This document shows, in pieces, positions 51,101 through 64,000 of a stretch of DNA of 64,000 bases. The position numbers and the translations under genes were made by a program. The stretch is from Trichoplax sp. H2. Taxonomy: Eukaryota. Where the stretch lies: contig NOWV01000105.1 of assembly GCA_003344405.1 (NCBI GenBank), positions 1 to 64,000 of the forward strand. The letters run 5' to 3'. The notes beneath the pieces are model-generated. The model saw only the letters and a program-made list of their open reading frames with translations. It searched no databases and had not been told where the DNA came from. Position 1 is the first letter of the stretch. Each line of letters opens with the position of its first letter.

Positions 51101-54100
51101 AGTGTCTTGTACAGGGCATGTAGTATTACTAATAGTGATATCATCGATAGCGATATCCCCGCGATAGTCCCTACCAGCTACACCTTCGATAATAAATTGG
51201 AACGAAGTCGAACTTTGATAGGGAATAGCTGTATACTTCCAATCAAGTCCTTGTTCTCCTCCTCTAGTCCATAGAAGAACAGACCTGCTTTCGCTTACTG
51301 ATCGAGTATAGATATTTAGTAGGAAAACGGATGCTCCATGCATATTATACCATAATATCATGCAATAATTTTGTAGGTTGGATGTTAGCGCGTTAATAAC
51401 AGGACTAACAAGTTTTGCATTATCATTTAAACGGCGTGGGAATGATGTCTCTATATACATGTAGTAGCCAGTGCCAGAATGATCTGTAGATGGTCCAGTA
51501 TCAAAGCTTGGTGTTGGGCCATCATTACGAGTCCAATTGAAGATATCATTGGTTGATTGCATCCAGCCACATGTGCCATTGTCAAAGTTGCATCCATACC
51601 CGGTAGAAATGGTTGTCGGTGTTGGTGGAAGGACTGTTGGAATATTACTTCCTTGGCAAGGTCCATTCATCAGCATGATGTCATCAAGAGCAACATAGCC
51701 AGAGCTTGCCACTCCAAGTACACCATCGAAAACAATTTTATACTGGAAGGAACTGTGAACATTAACAGACGCCATTTGCCATCCATTGGTTTGATAAATA
51801 CCTTGTAATTGTCCAACAGGATGATCTGTCGAACCTGTTCTGAGATTCACTGTTAAAACAAATGATGATGCATTGTTAAACCAATAGTAAAAGGTTAAAC
51901 ACATTCCTTGGGTTGGTGGAAGAGTAGCTCTGCTGATTAATCTAGCATGTTGACCAGCTGTTGCAAATGCTTGATCAACAACCATATAACTACCCGATGA
52001 TGTATTGAATGTATGATCTCTTGGTGGTCCCTTATATACGGTGTTAGTACTTGGTTTGCCAAGAATCCAATTATAATTATTATTAGCATCATTAACCCAT
52101 GATTTTCGGCATAACGATGATTCAAAATTGCAATTAGCTGGAGGTGGACATGGCCCAGAATTATCGATTAAAATATCATCTAATGCCATATCACCTCGGA
52201 AGCCTATTCCAACGATACCTTCGTAGACAATCCTATAAGTCATGTTGGAATTAATGGTGACACTACCGTATATCCATTTATCGCCAAAGTTGGTGCCACG
52301 GCTCCAGATTGCATTGCCAAGTTGATTATTTTGCTTAATATAGATATTGAGTTGGCCAATATGGGCACCATACATGTGATACCAAAATGTTAAGCATTCA
52401 CCATTGGATGGGGTTGGGGGATAGAACGGACTTTGTAATCGTGCTTTCTGTCCAGCAATATATGGACGTGAAGTTTCGACATAGGCATACCAACCTCGTG
52501 GGGATAATGTGGTATGATCGATGGATGGGCCTGTAAAATTGGATGATGTTGATCCTCTTGTTCGATACCAAGGTATATCGGATTCAGGTGCTGTAAACCA
52601 TCCACAACTACCACTCTGGAAGTCGCACATTTTAGAGGGAGCGCAAAATCCAGGGGTAAATTTAATATCATCGATTGCAATATCTCCGTAATAATTGCTA
52701 TTGATGCTAGCCACAAATTTGGTATGAAATGGCCTAGAACTTGATACAGTAACTTGTCCATGTCTCCATAAATTGCCTTGTGAGCCGCTTCTTTGGAAAA
52801 TGAGGGTATCTTGCGTTGCATGGCCATAAACTTGTAATGTACCTACACTTGGTCCATACATATGATAGTAAAAGCTCATGCATAACGCAGTAGTTGGAGT
52901 AATCGTTGGCCCTTGTACAACGGCAGTTGCATTGACTGGATAGGATTTATTCGGTACATACAAATAAAAGCCTAGAGTTACGGGAAAAGAAAGAAGACAT
53001 TATTGGATATTCATTTTTTGGAAATAGCTCAAGACGTATTGGCAGTGGTGATGACTACTCCAAGGAGAATATAGAACTTGGCTATAACATGGATAGATTA
53101 AAAATTTACCTGAACCCGTAGTATGATCATTGGAGGGCCCTGTAGAAGTAAGCGATCCACGTGTTCTAACCCACTGGGCTGTTGTATTTTTAAGGAGAGA
53201 CCAGTAACATGTTCCGGAAGTAAAGCTGCAACCCCAGCTATTCGTGGGTGGAGCGACAGGAGAAATAGAAGGAGCAGGTAATGTAGATCCTGAACAATTG
53301 CCAAAGTTAAATTGCAAATCATCAATAGCGAATGTCCCTTGAGTGCCAGCAGCTACTACAGCTTCGATAATAATTTGATATTCTGCTAAGGCAGTAATGC
53401 TTACTTGACCCATTGTCCATGAACTAGTTCCATTTTGTACTTGGCCAACAATTTTAGTGATTGGAGTGCCTGTATACAGCTCTTGTAAGTAGACATTGAG
53501 CATGGGAGAATTACCATACATTTGATAGGAAAAGGTAAAGCATGATGCAGCTGTTGGAGATTGTTCATCACTTATATAGCGTGCTGATGAATTTTGGCTC
53601 ATAGACGCTGTCATATTGACCACTGCATATTGGCCGGAAGATGTACCTCCATTCGTATTATCTAATGTCGGTCCAGCAAATGTTGAGCCAAGGAATGCTG
53701 GTATGACTGTCCATTTGTCAGTCACTTGGCTAGCAGCATTAATCCATGTACAAAGCGATGAGAAGGTACAAACATTAGATGATGGGCATGAACCACTGAC
53801 TAATGAGATATCGTCGAAAGCCATATCTCCAGCGAATCCATTTCCAACCGTACCTTCAATGACCATATTAAATGGTTTACCTGCACTATTGACGGTGGCT
53901 TGACCAAATCGCCATACATCTCCACGTGTACCCATTCTCGTCCATATGGGCATGCCAATATTATTGTCGACCTTGACGTAGACATTGAAACTACCTACTT
54001 CTCGGCCAAGCATATGATACCAAAATGAGAAGCAACTATTACCATTGGTAGCTGGATATTGTGGACTTTGAAAGCGTGCTTTCTCATTCAGGAATGAAAT

Positions 54101-57100
54101 GGCTGACCAAAAGTACATGAAATGGCCAGTAGCAGTTCCAAGAGTATGATCATATTTTGGTCCAGTTTGGCTATGGACGATATTAAAATCACTTGTAGCT
54201 CGAATCCAGAAGAAAGTAACATCAAATGTATTGACCCATCCACAACTACTTCCTTCGAAATCACAAGTGATAGCAGGTGGACAATTAGAATGCAATAGAA
54301 CTCGAATATCATCGATGGCAACGATCCCCGTATAGCCTTGATTGACCGTTGCTACAAAGGAAATATTATAAGGATTGTCATTAATGACAGAAACTTGAGC
54401 ATGGCTCCATCCATAGCCCACCGATGCTGTCCGTGACCATAGCAACGTCGAGGTATTCGTCGTTTGAGAACGAGCTTGTAAGCTAACAATATTTTCTCCA
54501 ATCATTTGATACCAAAATTCTAAGCATATGTGAGATGTGGATGGCACTGAGACAGCGCTAATAATGCTTGCGGAATAAGCCATATTCTGCAATCGTGGCA
54601 CATAGAGGTAATGACCTAAAAGATGAACAGAGAAATGACTTAAGCTTCACGGTCATGGAAGAAGCAAGATCGTATGTTGACATGGTTCAATTTTTTCCTT
54701 GCAAAAGTAGACGAAGAAATTGAAATTGCAATTAATTAAGTAAGCAATTTATCCTTACCATCAAGTGATCCTAGTGTATGATCCTTAACCACAACATTAT
54801 TTTTCGTTCCATTTCCTCGTGCCCACAAGACAGTATTGTTCAGACTCGCATCCCAATTGCATAGACCAGTCTCGAAGGTGCAATCAAATGGACTTGGACC
54901 TGGGGTAGCCGTGGGTGCTATTGATGAAGAAATGATATTTGCAGTACAGTTACCAGCATTGAAAGTGATATCATCAACAGCGATATCTCCAGTAAAAGCT
55001 CGGCCCATGGTAGCTTGGAAGATGATTCTATAGTAATTATCAGTTTGAATGAAAACTTGGCCATTTACCCACATTTTTCCATGATTGCCAGAAATAGCGC
55101 CTAATGTCATTAAGCTTAGATTGTTATTGTTACTATCAAATTCTTGCATCAGGACACTTACAGTATTCACGGTGGCACCATACATGTAATAGTAGAAGGA
55201 TAGGCATCTTCCAGTATTTGAATCGAATTTTTCGCTAACATACCAGGCTTTTTCTCCAGCTTGACCAGCATTAGAAGCTTCAAAGTAGAGATAGTGGCCA
55301 GCTGGTGTTCCTAAGGTGTGATCATTTGTAGGGCCAGTGAAGGAACTAGGAGTTCCTCCGCTATTAATTATCCAGTCGAACTGATCACCGACTTGAGTAT
55401 TAGACCATGAGCAATATCCTTCAAAATTACACGACCCTGCAGCCGGGCATTTACCAGTTAAGAAACGTATGTCATCAATAGCGATATCACCGAAAGTTCC
55501 AGCTCCGACGACAGCTTCAAAGATGATCTGAAAGGGTGCACTTGGATTGACAATAGTGGCCCAGCCAAGATTCCAAATATTACCTTGATTGGTAGTTTTT
55601 TCAAAAATAGCATCCCTGGTAACACCGTTACTTCTGATTTTCACTTCAATTGCACCGGATAGATTGCCATATAAGTGATAGAAAAATTCTAAGCATGTTC
55701 CATTAGCTGGAGTTGCAGCATAAGTATCACTAATAACTTGAGTTCTCATTCCAGGTGTTGGATCCATAGTACTGGCATACATATAGTGTCCTAGATTGAA
55801 AGTCAATGAGGACAGACTAATTTTAATTTTACTCGTGCATTTAAGAAGTTTATATGATTCAAAAATGATATCGAATAGAGTAGTAAACAGATGACAGTTC
55901 TATCATAATGGATAGGGTAAGATAAAACAAAAATAAACTATTACATTATAGAATGCCATCATGTTTAACTATCTATTGCTATATTTTTAACGTAGCCATA
56001 TTATAACGTGATCGAATGATGAGAACTTGATTTTTTATGTCTCATTGAGTTATTTGTCATTATTTCTTTGCAAATAAGATGATTGAAAAAGGTCATTATT
56101 AAATTACCTGCTGCTGTTAAAGTTGTATGATCAGTAGCTGGACCAGTTCCATTGAATGAATTGCCACCATTTCCAATAGTCCAAACAAATTTAGGATTAT
56201 TGGTTAAATCTGCGTATCCACAAAGTCCTCCCTCGAAATCACAGTAATCTGGTAAAGTTTTATGGTTAGTAGCTTGTTTCAATTTATAATCGAAATAAGG
56301 CAAAATATTAAAGACCTTTATTGATAGAACAAGTATGTACTACCTAACTATCTTAATAGATATTATACCTGAGTATGGACAATCTAAAGGTGCCAGAAAA
56401 ATATCATCCAGGGATATGTCCCCTCTGAAACTTGTTCCTGTCGTCCCTTTAAAGGAAATCTATGAAATAGAATTTATAGAGAGAAATTTAAATGAATTAG
56501 TGTTACATCACAAAATAATCATGCTATAGCTTGTAATCATCTTAAGTCATGAATTGAATGTTAGAACTGTTTAATAGCAGATCTACTAACAGTAATATTT
56601 TGTGGTGTATTTAAGGTAATAGCTGCTGGTCTCCAAGCATTGCCTTGTGTTCCAAAGCGTTGCCATATTACATTTTGTTGGCCTCCCATAAGGTCAGTAG
56701 TTAAGACCTGCAAGTTATTAATATCTTGTCCAAACATATGATACCAAAACTTGAAGCAAACATTAGTATTGGAATTGATGGTTGGGCTGACTAGGATAGC
56801 CGTTTCGTTAACAACGCGGGGAAACGAAGTTTCGATGTAGATATAGTAGCCTAATATCATTAAAATTGAAGTTTAGAATGTATGATTTACTAAATTGACG
56901 CTTTATATGACATCATGTGTTTCTAAATTTCCAGTCGGAAGTTGCTATTGGTTTCTATTAGTAAATTTTTGTTTTTACTTCAAAGACTGCAATTCTGGCC
57001 TTACTGGATGGAAGCAAGGAATAAAGATGTTTATTACTTCATATTATTTGAAATTCTATGTACAGAGAGTCGCCTGTTCTGTCATTAATATTATTTTAAA

Positions 57101-60100
57101 ATTAAGTTTGATCATATCTATGCATAGTAGATAATATCGGTTGCTTAATTGATGGATGTTAACTCAAATAGTTTCAAGTTCTAAACTAATTTAGCGGTAA
57201 TATCCGTTATTTTTCAGTATTTCGCATGCAGTTGCCCTATAATTGAGCCGCAGTGAAGGAAATCCACAAAATATCGACATTATTGCATAAATCTGAACGA
57301 AAGATTTGATCTTGATATGCATAATTGGCTATAATTTTAATCAATCTATTGTAGTTATGATCGATTTCGCTGAATGTAGCATCCAAGTAGGTCTATTTCG
57401 GAATTAGGTTATGTTATAATATCAAATCGATGGTTGAATCTTACCTGTTCCAGTCGTATGATCGCCAACTGGTCCAGTACCAACACTAGGACTTCTTGAA
57501 TTGGTACGAGTCCAGTTAAAATTATCGTTTAAACTTTGTTTCCAAGCACAGAATCCATTTTCAAAATTGCAGTCTAGATTCGATTCTATGATTGGCTGTG
57601 CCAATGAAATGGCAACTAAAAAGGATAATAGCAGCATTTATTAGAGTCATTTTCTTGAAATTTTTAAGTCTAGCGACACTTTTTGCACGATAAAGAGGTT
57701 AGTGCGTTTTAGGATAACTTATCAATTGAAATAGTCAATGTTTGAAACTAAATATGGTGAGAATTTTAGTAAGTTTTTTCAATTATAAATTCAATAGCCA
57801 GCTATTACATGGTTACGAGCATATTTGAATCCATTGCAGAAATGTATCTATAGCTGTTAGATTAGTAGCGGTGAATACTTTACAGCGGCCTTTACAAGTG
57901 GGATCTTCCATATTCAACATCAAATTATACAATACACCAAAAAATAATAATAATAGTAATAATAATAAGTAAGTATTATTCAAGAGAGCTTATGTCTATT
58001 TATCTCACTCAAGAAGTATTGCATACAATATACGTCGCTTTTGTTATACTTTTATAATCAACTGTTATGGAAATGAGATTCTACACGTGATAGGATCATG
58101 GCTTGAACTATTTATTGTCGGATGTTTTTGTCTAAAATTTCTTCTTTTATTAGAATTAGATGTAATGAAGCTCGTTACTGCTTATTCTATACAAGGATAT
58201 TGACATAAGGAGTTACTAATATGCAGTACTCAATCTGGCATGAGACTATATCCAAAGTGCGATTCTATTCAGACGACAGCAGCTGTATAGTGTTTTAGAA
58301 TGTTAAAAATGTGATCGATAGGATTGCAAGCATGGCAAAGTGTTGAAATTTCAGTCCATTAAACGAGTGTTATTAGGCAAAGTAATCAACCTGTAGAAGT
58401 AGTATAGTGAATTATAACAGTATAAATACTGTATAATATACTTTCCATAGCCAAAGACTCGAACACTGTCATGAAAAAAGCTGGAAAAATGATGTGTCAG
58501 CATTCTAAATATGTAAAATTGTCATAGTCACTGAAACTCGAATAACTGAATTTGTAAAACTATTACACATTTCCCAAAGCTATTCGATTTCAAAGTTATA
58601 CATGATATAGGGCTGCCAGGTTTCCTAACTTCTTTTATCAACGAAGTCGCAGAGTCGAACAAATTACTAGTATAAATACCGGTACCTTTCAGTTTGATGT
58701 TTAGGAAACTATTGCTATTAGAATTAATAGACCAGAAATAATGTTTAAATATGTTGTTTTCTCGATATATGTCTAAAATATAGAGTAAAGAGGGGTCTAA
58801 AAATGGAAATTTTAAAAATGATACTATTAGTGTATTCATACAGAAAAAATGGTGTCCGCAACATGTTATCTTCTCTATACGATTATGTCGTAAAATATAG
58901 AGAAGAGGAACCTAATGATGGAAATTCTAAAAATGATACCATTAGTGTATCCAGAAAGAAACAGATATTCGACTACATTTTAAATATAAGTTTATATATG
59001 GACTTCTACGCATTGTCTGTAAGATAGCCCATAAAAGTAAAGAGCTACAGGCCAGGGAACAGTCATTGCCTAGAAAATTGGTGACATTTTTCGGATAATT
59101 AAATTGTTCATCTCACGATTAGTCAAGTTAATGGAAAAATCAAACGAGTTATAATCGCTGCTGAAGTCCTTGAATCAAACTTTTATGGCTCTACTTTTAT
59201 AATTCCTGTGCAACACTCTTTGGATCAATCTCTAATGCTTGCAATCGTGTAGAATAAAGACAGCAAGTTCATTAATATTGTTAATATTATAATTAGTGAC
59301 TAAATCTAAATTACTCTGTAAATTGAATGCTTGGCAATGATGGTTTGTACATTGTATTACTTGGTGTGAGCAATTTATTTTAAACCACAGGAACAACTCT
59401 TGTTAGATATGGCTATTACGAGGACAAGGGAGGTAGATTAGGACATAATCATTCAATAAGAAACTATTATGACGTAAGCAATCTATATCTCTTAACTGAT
59501 TTACTTTACTTTAGCTGCATAAGTAAACTTAACTAAAGATTCAACTAATTTAGGAGCAAGCTTACGGTTAAATCGTATTTCCAGTTCTTTCTAGCTCTAT
59601 ACAACTAAACCGAAGCCTATGCTGTAATAAATTTTATCGTTTACTGGTTTAACAACAGGAAAATGGCTTATTTACAAGCAATAGAGTAACGTGAAGATTT
59701 AATTTCGGCATGGTGGAGATAGACATTCTTTTTCCTTTATTCTTATCTATATTTTTTTTAATAACTAGATTAGTAAATAGTAAATATCCTAATTTGTAGA
59801 TAAAAATAGTGTGGATGATAGTATCAGTTAGGCTTAATTTTTCTATAAACTCTTAATTAAATCATCATTTAGATTCGTGCTAAGCATAAAGTTATATAAG
59901 AGTACTATCAAAGGCGTGGTAAGCCAATTACAATTGTGGTTTAATTACAGTATTTAGAAAGATAGATCAGCTTGAAATTAAGCAAAGTTATGTTGGAATT
60001 TGCATAGAACAAATTCTGAAAGGCAGATATAGCTATAGAAGTAAAGAAATAATGCAATAAATAAATATGATATTTTATTTGGCGTCCAGCAAGTTATTCA

Positions 60101-60483
60101 CTGTTTTAAGTGTATAGATAAGATGGTACATAAAAGTTATGACAGACGATAAAATTAAAAGGGTATGCTACCACTAAGGAGCAATAGCTATTTGAGCGGC
60201 ATCCATAGAGATGTCAATTTAGAACATGTATCATAAATATCGAGATAATATACGAGAAAAAGATATGGCATTGTCAAAGACAGTATGATTCAATTTTTTA
60301 CCAAAGAAACGATTAAAAGAAAATTTGGTGTCATGGGTGGAAGAGTGCTAGAAAAGTAACTTGTGCTTCAATTAGTTCTCACGTCATGTTACTCTAGCAT
60401 AGATAATACTACAATCTTCTTTAGTACTTACCAATAAGTGAGCTAAGTAATAGCAGCAAATTGAGTTGATGATAGATTGCCAT
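30176..60483 (-). CDS. Giant MAM- and LDL-receptor class A domain type-I membrane protein (MALRD1/apical endosomal glycoprotein-like) with one kringle, ~7835 aa, 19 exons
   Basis: Exons: 60483-60432, 57615-57445, 56850-56591, 56459-56369, 56248-56108, 55790-54759, 54615-53110, 52971-38920, 38790-38522, 38282-33623, 33517-33401, 33156-32998, 32874-32665, 32318-32181, 31859-31701, 31263-31138, 30832-30718, 30516-30381, 30289-30176. All are GT-AG and phase-compatible, totalling 23,508 nt. Repeated MAM motifs (CxFExxxCxW, GPxx[17 protein letters not shown]) and LDLa motifs (CD...DCxDxSDE) are present. Signal peptide [48 protein letters not shown] followed by RRR. Confidence 0.9.
30718..30832 (-). 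other. Transmembrane-helix exon of the giant receptor
   Basis: Translates to [37 protein letters not shown]: a hydrophobic stretch followed by a basic stop-transfer. Confidence 0.85.
45305..45544 (-). other. Kringle domain inside the giant receptor
   Basis: [26 protein letters not shown]...[34 protein letters not shown] has the six-Cys kringle pattern with YRG, CQxW, NYCRNPD and PWCYT. Confidence 0.95.
60432..60483 (-). other. Signal-peptide first coding exon of the giant receptor
   Basis: gccATGG start, [17 protein letters not shown], then G|GTAAGT, a phase-1 donor that matches the phase-1 acceptor at 57615. Confidence 0.7.
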
Positions 60484-63400
60484 GGCTTGGTTAAAGGTAA
60501 AAGTGGAACCTTTTTGCCATGCAATATATTACTAAAAGTATTCAATTTACTTTTTGCTAAGTAGAATTTGCTACCTCAAGTTGGATAGAAATTCTAGCAA
60601 CTAATTCAACTAGAGAAGATCAATAGGATTGCCCTCTGTTCTAGAATATGCTAATTAGCGGCAATAGGTCTATTTTACGGCAAAATGGAGGATGGTACAG
60701 ACAGGTAGAATTCTATACTATCTTATATCTATTGTTACTCAATTAGCTGTCAATGATTGGTGTATCAAAATCTTATGGACCCTTCCCAATCTTTCTTAAT
60801 TTAGAAAGCACATTATCTCTATTAATAATAGTAAATCGTAAACAATCTTTAGTCTATTGTGAACAATATTATATCATTTAATAAAATTGTTTACGACCCC
60901 TGGTAATATATTCTGATGATAGAATATGTAATTACTAGTAGACCGTAATGCATAAGTTGAATGCGGACAAATAAAATGAATTATTACATTACGAGAGGCT
61001 TTGCGTAATTAACTTTCTATGGCTGAAATTAATACTTGATCTCTTCCGCATTACTTGTAATATTCATGCAAAAGAGCTAAAAAAATAATGACTAGTATAC
61101 TGTGGAAAGGCGATCTTCATGAAAATTGGTATTAAGATAAGGTAGAGATTGTCTTTCACTCTAGAGAATTAGTCTATCTTATTCCATATTATAAAAAAAT
61201 TGATATTTAGCTAATCTAGGAACGAATAATCATTGCAAATAATTCGCAAAAATATTCCACTCTGACAGAAACTATTATCGATCTGTGTTACCACGCGGCT
61301 GACTCATTAATTACATTGATTATGATTTGTAATATACCGCTGCTCTAGTTGTCTTAACGATATGTACTTAAATCATTATTAGAAGCTGTGTTAATGAAAC
61401 CACTGTTATTATAATGAAGAATAAAGTTTATGCATATGATAATTACGGCTAAATGAATTATTAGGTCAAATGTTGATGTCCATCAACAATTCAACAATTA
61501 TGTTGCAGTTTTTGACATTTACTTATGTCAATAATACTCTAATATTTCCTATAATCATTCAAGTGGCTCCTCCTACCATGATCCCGCTCCTTAAATAGCC
61601 GACTTGTCAGTAAATTAGGACGATAAAGGCGGTAATTTCAGCTAATGACATGTTTCAGTAGTAAACTTTCGATCCTTATGTGGGATATTTCCCTATCTTT
61701 ATGCTCAGTAAAGTTATAGTTCTAATTCTTAAACTCAATTCAAAATTGCCATCGTTGTGTAATTCAATATACGATTTAAGAAAGCTCATATTCGAAGATA
61801 ACAAAATTGCCCCATAAAAAATACCATGAATGAATTTAAGCTGAGCTAACGTGGAATAGAATCCAATAAAAGCCTGTCACGTAGACCTTGCTTCTAGAAT
61901 TAGATCATTGTATAACTGATTACTTGATTAAGCTTATGCAGAGTTCATCGGCAGCATATGTAGATTTAAATAACAGTAGGTATACCTTGGGACATGCGAT
62001 AGTACTCTAGAAAATACACATATACATAGCATTGACGTAGCATGGCTTATAATAAAGTTGAAATTAGAGGCAATGCTGAATCAAATCCAGTTCTTAATCT
62101 TTGCAAATACCTGTATTCTGAAAGTACCGTAATTTACATTGGCCTTGATTTAATTATATCGTAGACAAGGTAATATAACACTGTCATTATTTATGCTAGT
62201 TCAAGAAATAATATATAATACCCAGTTAACTATTAAACTATCAATTCCCATCATGAAGTACAGAGTAAATTACGAATTAGGACGAGAATTAAAACTACAG
62301 TTAAAGTTGTTGCTTCATTCTTCTTTCAATCTTCAGATGTTATGCATGATTATAAATTAATTTTTTAACCTCCTCGTCAACATACTTATATGATGTACAG
62401 GCTATACTACTTACGAGTAGACCTGATCATTACCTATAAAGTAGAATGATAGCTTACAAAAAATTGTCTTATTTTTTATTATTAATAGTAAGACTCTTCA
62501 AAAAAATAATTTGTAATTTGGCTGACAATTCTGGCTAGACAACACTTAGAATATGTAATTTCAGGTCTGAACTTTGACTCTATCAAGGCCAAATATGCAG
62601 GAACTTTATGTCTATAATAAGATGACATTGATATCTGTTCATGAACCTTAATTACGATAGTAACATTTATATCAATTTCTAGTATCCAATTTCCCCCTTC
62701 CCCTTTAGGTCTTAAGGTTAAAAGTGTAAATTATAGACAAGTAATAAAAGCGGAATAGTGATTTGGTAACAATCGTAATTGAAAGTTGTGATGGAGGGTT
62801 CGATATCTCAGAGGATTGAGATTTAGTCACCATTTACAATTATTACAACAAAGGGTTTATGAAAGTTATGCTTTATTGTAGGTTAGTAATGTGAAGTACA
62901 GTGAGGTAGTTACGGTAGATCAGCGTGCAAGCTGTCGTGAGTAACGAGTAGAAGTATTAGACTGTAAGAGACTAACTAGAAGACTAACTGAGAGGCTAAC
63001 GAACTCTGAGGTAGAAATCGCCAGTATTTATAGTTTTAAAGATAGAGCACACGCAAAGCATAGGATTGTGGAATTAGATACAACATATACCATAACAGGT
63101 TACAAAATAGCAGATGATTGTAGAAAACAGCGAGTACCGTAATAACTTAAATACAGTAGTCTATATATGAATGTAGAGTAAGCGGACTGTAGATCTGTCT
63201 AAATATAAGAGCAATACAACATGTCTATATTTAAGAGTAGAATATAGTTAGAGTATATTCTAAATACACTACAAAAGTGAAGAATCTAGAGATGCAGAGC
63301 TTTCGTACAAAGTTTATCTAATATAAATTCTACGCTTACATATAAATGAAAGTTTGAGCTATAACAACAAGATTTATATGGATTACTAATTACCTTAGAG

Positions 63401-64000
63401 TTGGTTTTATCCCTTCGAAAATAGCCGCATAACACAAGTATGAATGAGCTAGAATCGCAATTAGATAATAATTATAATTTAAATCCAAAAATCTAAAGAT
63501 GTTGAAATGTCGTTCAATACTCGTATAGTCGAATAAAAGTTAAGATGATGGTTTAAATTGTAAATAAAGAGTCTAAAAGATATAAAAATGATATACTATA
63601 GATAGAGAAGACTTCTTCTCTATCTTAAAATTTATCATGTGTAGTGCTGATCTCCTTTGCTAATTATGATAAGATAGCTAAGACGACGGCATTAATCAGC
63701 ATTACGGTAGTATTGTAATGTCAATTTTTGGCTTTCAGATCTTAATTATTATACAGTAAATGGACAAATATTAATTTAAAAGGCAGAATCTAAGAGACAA
63801 AACTATATGATAAAGTACAGAACGTGTATCTAATGCAAGTTATACAGAAATGTTGCCTGTCTTGTTTTTGTTTTCTTATATATCTTTTAAATATGAGTAT
63901 AGTATTAATAAAAAATCCATCTTGTGATAAGAAACGATCTTTAATAATTTAGATTTTTAAGCAACAATTCTAGAAAATGAATAAATAAATTGTTTAAATA

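Noticed and set aside
33540-55806. Dozens of 60-190-aa alternative-frame and antisense ORFs overlapping the receptor exons
   Set aside because: They are shadow ORFs of long coding exons with no recognisable motifs.
36340-56430. Several RGD tripeptides in the giant receptor
   Set aside because: Most fall in MAM consensus positions (xGDIAIDD, xGDxW, xGDxAR), so they are expected from the repeat motif and are not evidence of integrin binding.
58528-59027. ORFs of 103 aa (-) and 74 aa (+) and a short direct repeat (atggaaatt.taaaaatgatac.attagtgtat) in receptor intron 1
   Set aside because: They are low-complexity, AT-rich translations with no recognisable domain, and the repeat is a small local duplication.
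60500-64000. Possible further gene upstream of the receptor
   Set aside because: There are no ORFs of 60 aa or more and no recognisable exons, so I treat it as intergenic or 5' regulatory sequence.

Overview
AT-rich eukaryotic (animal) genomic DNA with compact GT-AG intron/exon genes. Base composition, short introns and gene content suggest an early-branching metazoan such as a placozoan, but that is inference only. I can build five protein-coding genes by hand. (1) A p120/delta-catenin-family armadillo protein (+, 551-6188). (2) A multi-exon KIF7/KIF27-type kinesin-4 (-, 9561-20077). (3) A 72-aa APC13-like anaphase-promoting-complex subunit (+, 21038-21256). (4) A two-exon heterotrimeric G-protein gamma subunit ending in CAAX, missed by the ORF track (+, 24818-28083). 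(5) A giant type-I membrane receptor of ~7,835 aa in 19 exons (-, 30176-60483), with a signal peptide, about 41 MAM domains, one kringle, about 15 LDLa repeats, one TM helix and a tail with three NPxY motifs. Around the 20-N gap the assembly appears to carry two haplotypes, one of which lacks a 2.5-kb segment containing the APC13 gene. I see no prokaryotic-type systems, RNA genes, CRISPR arrays or recognisable transposons. All exon models and domain counts were read by eye and need RNA-seq/HMM confirmation.
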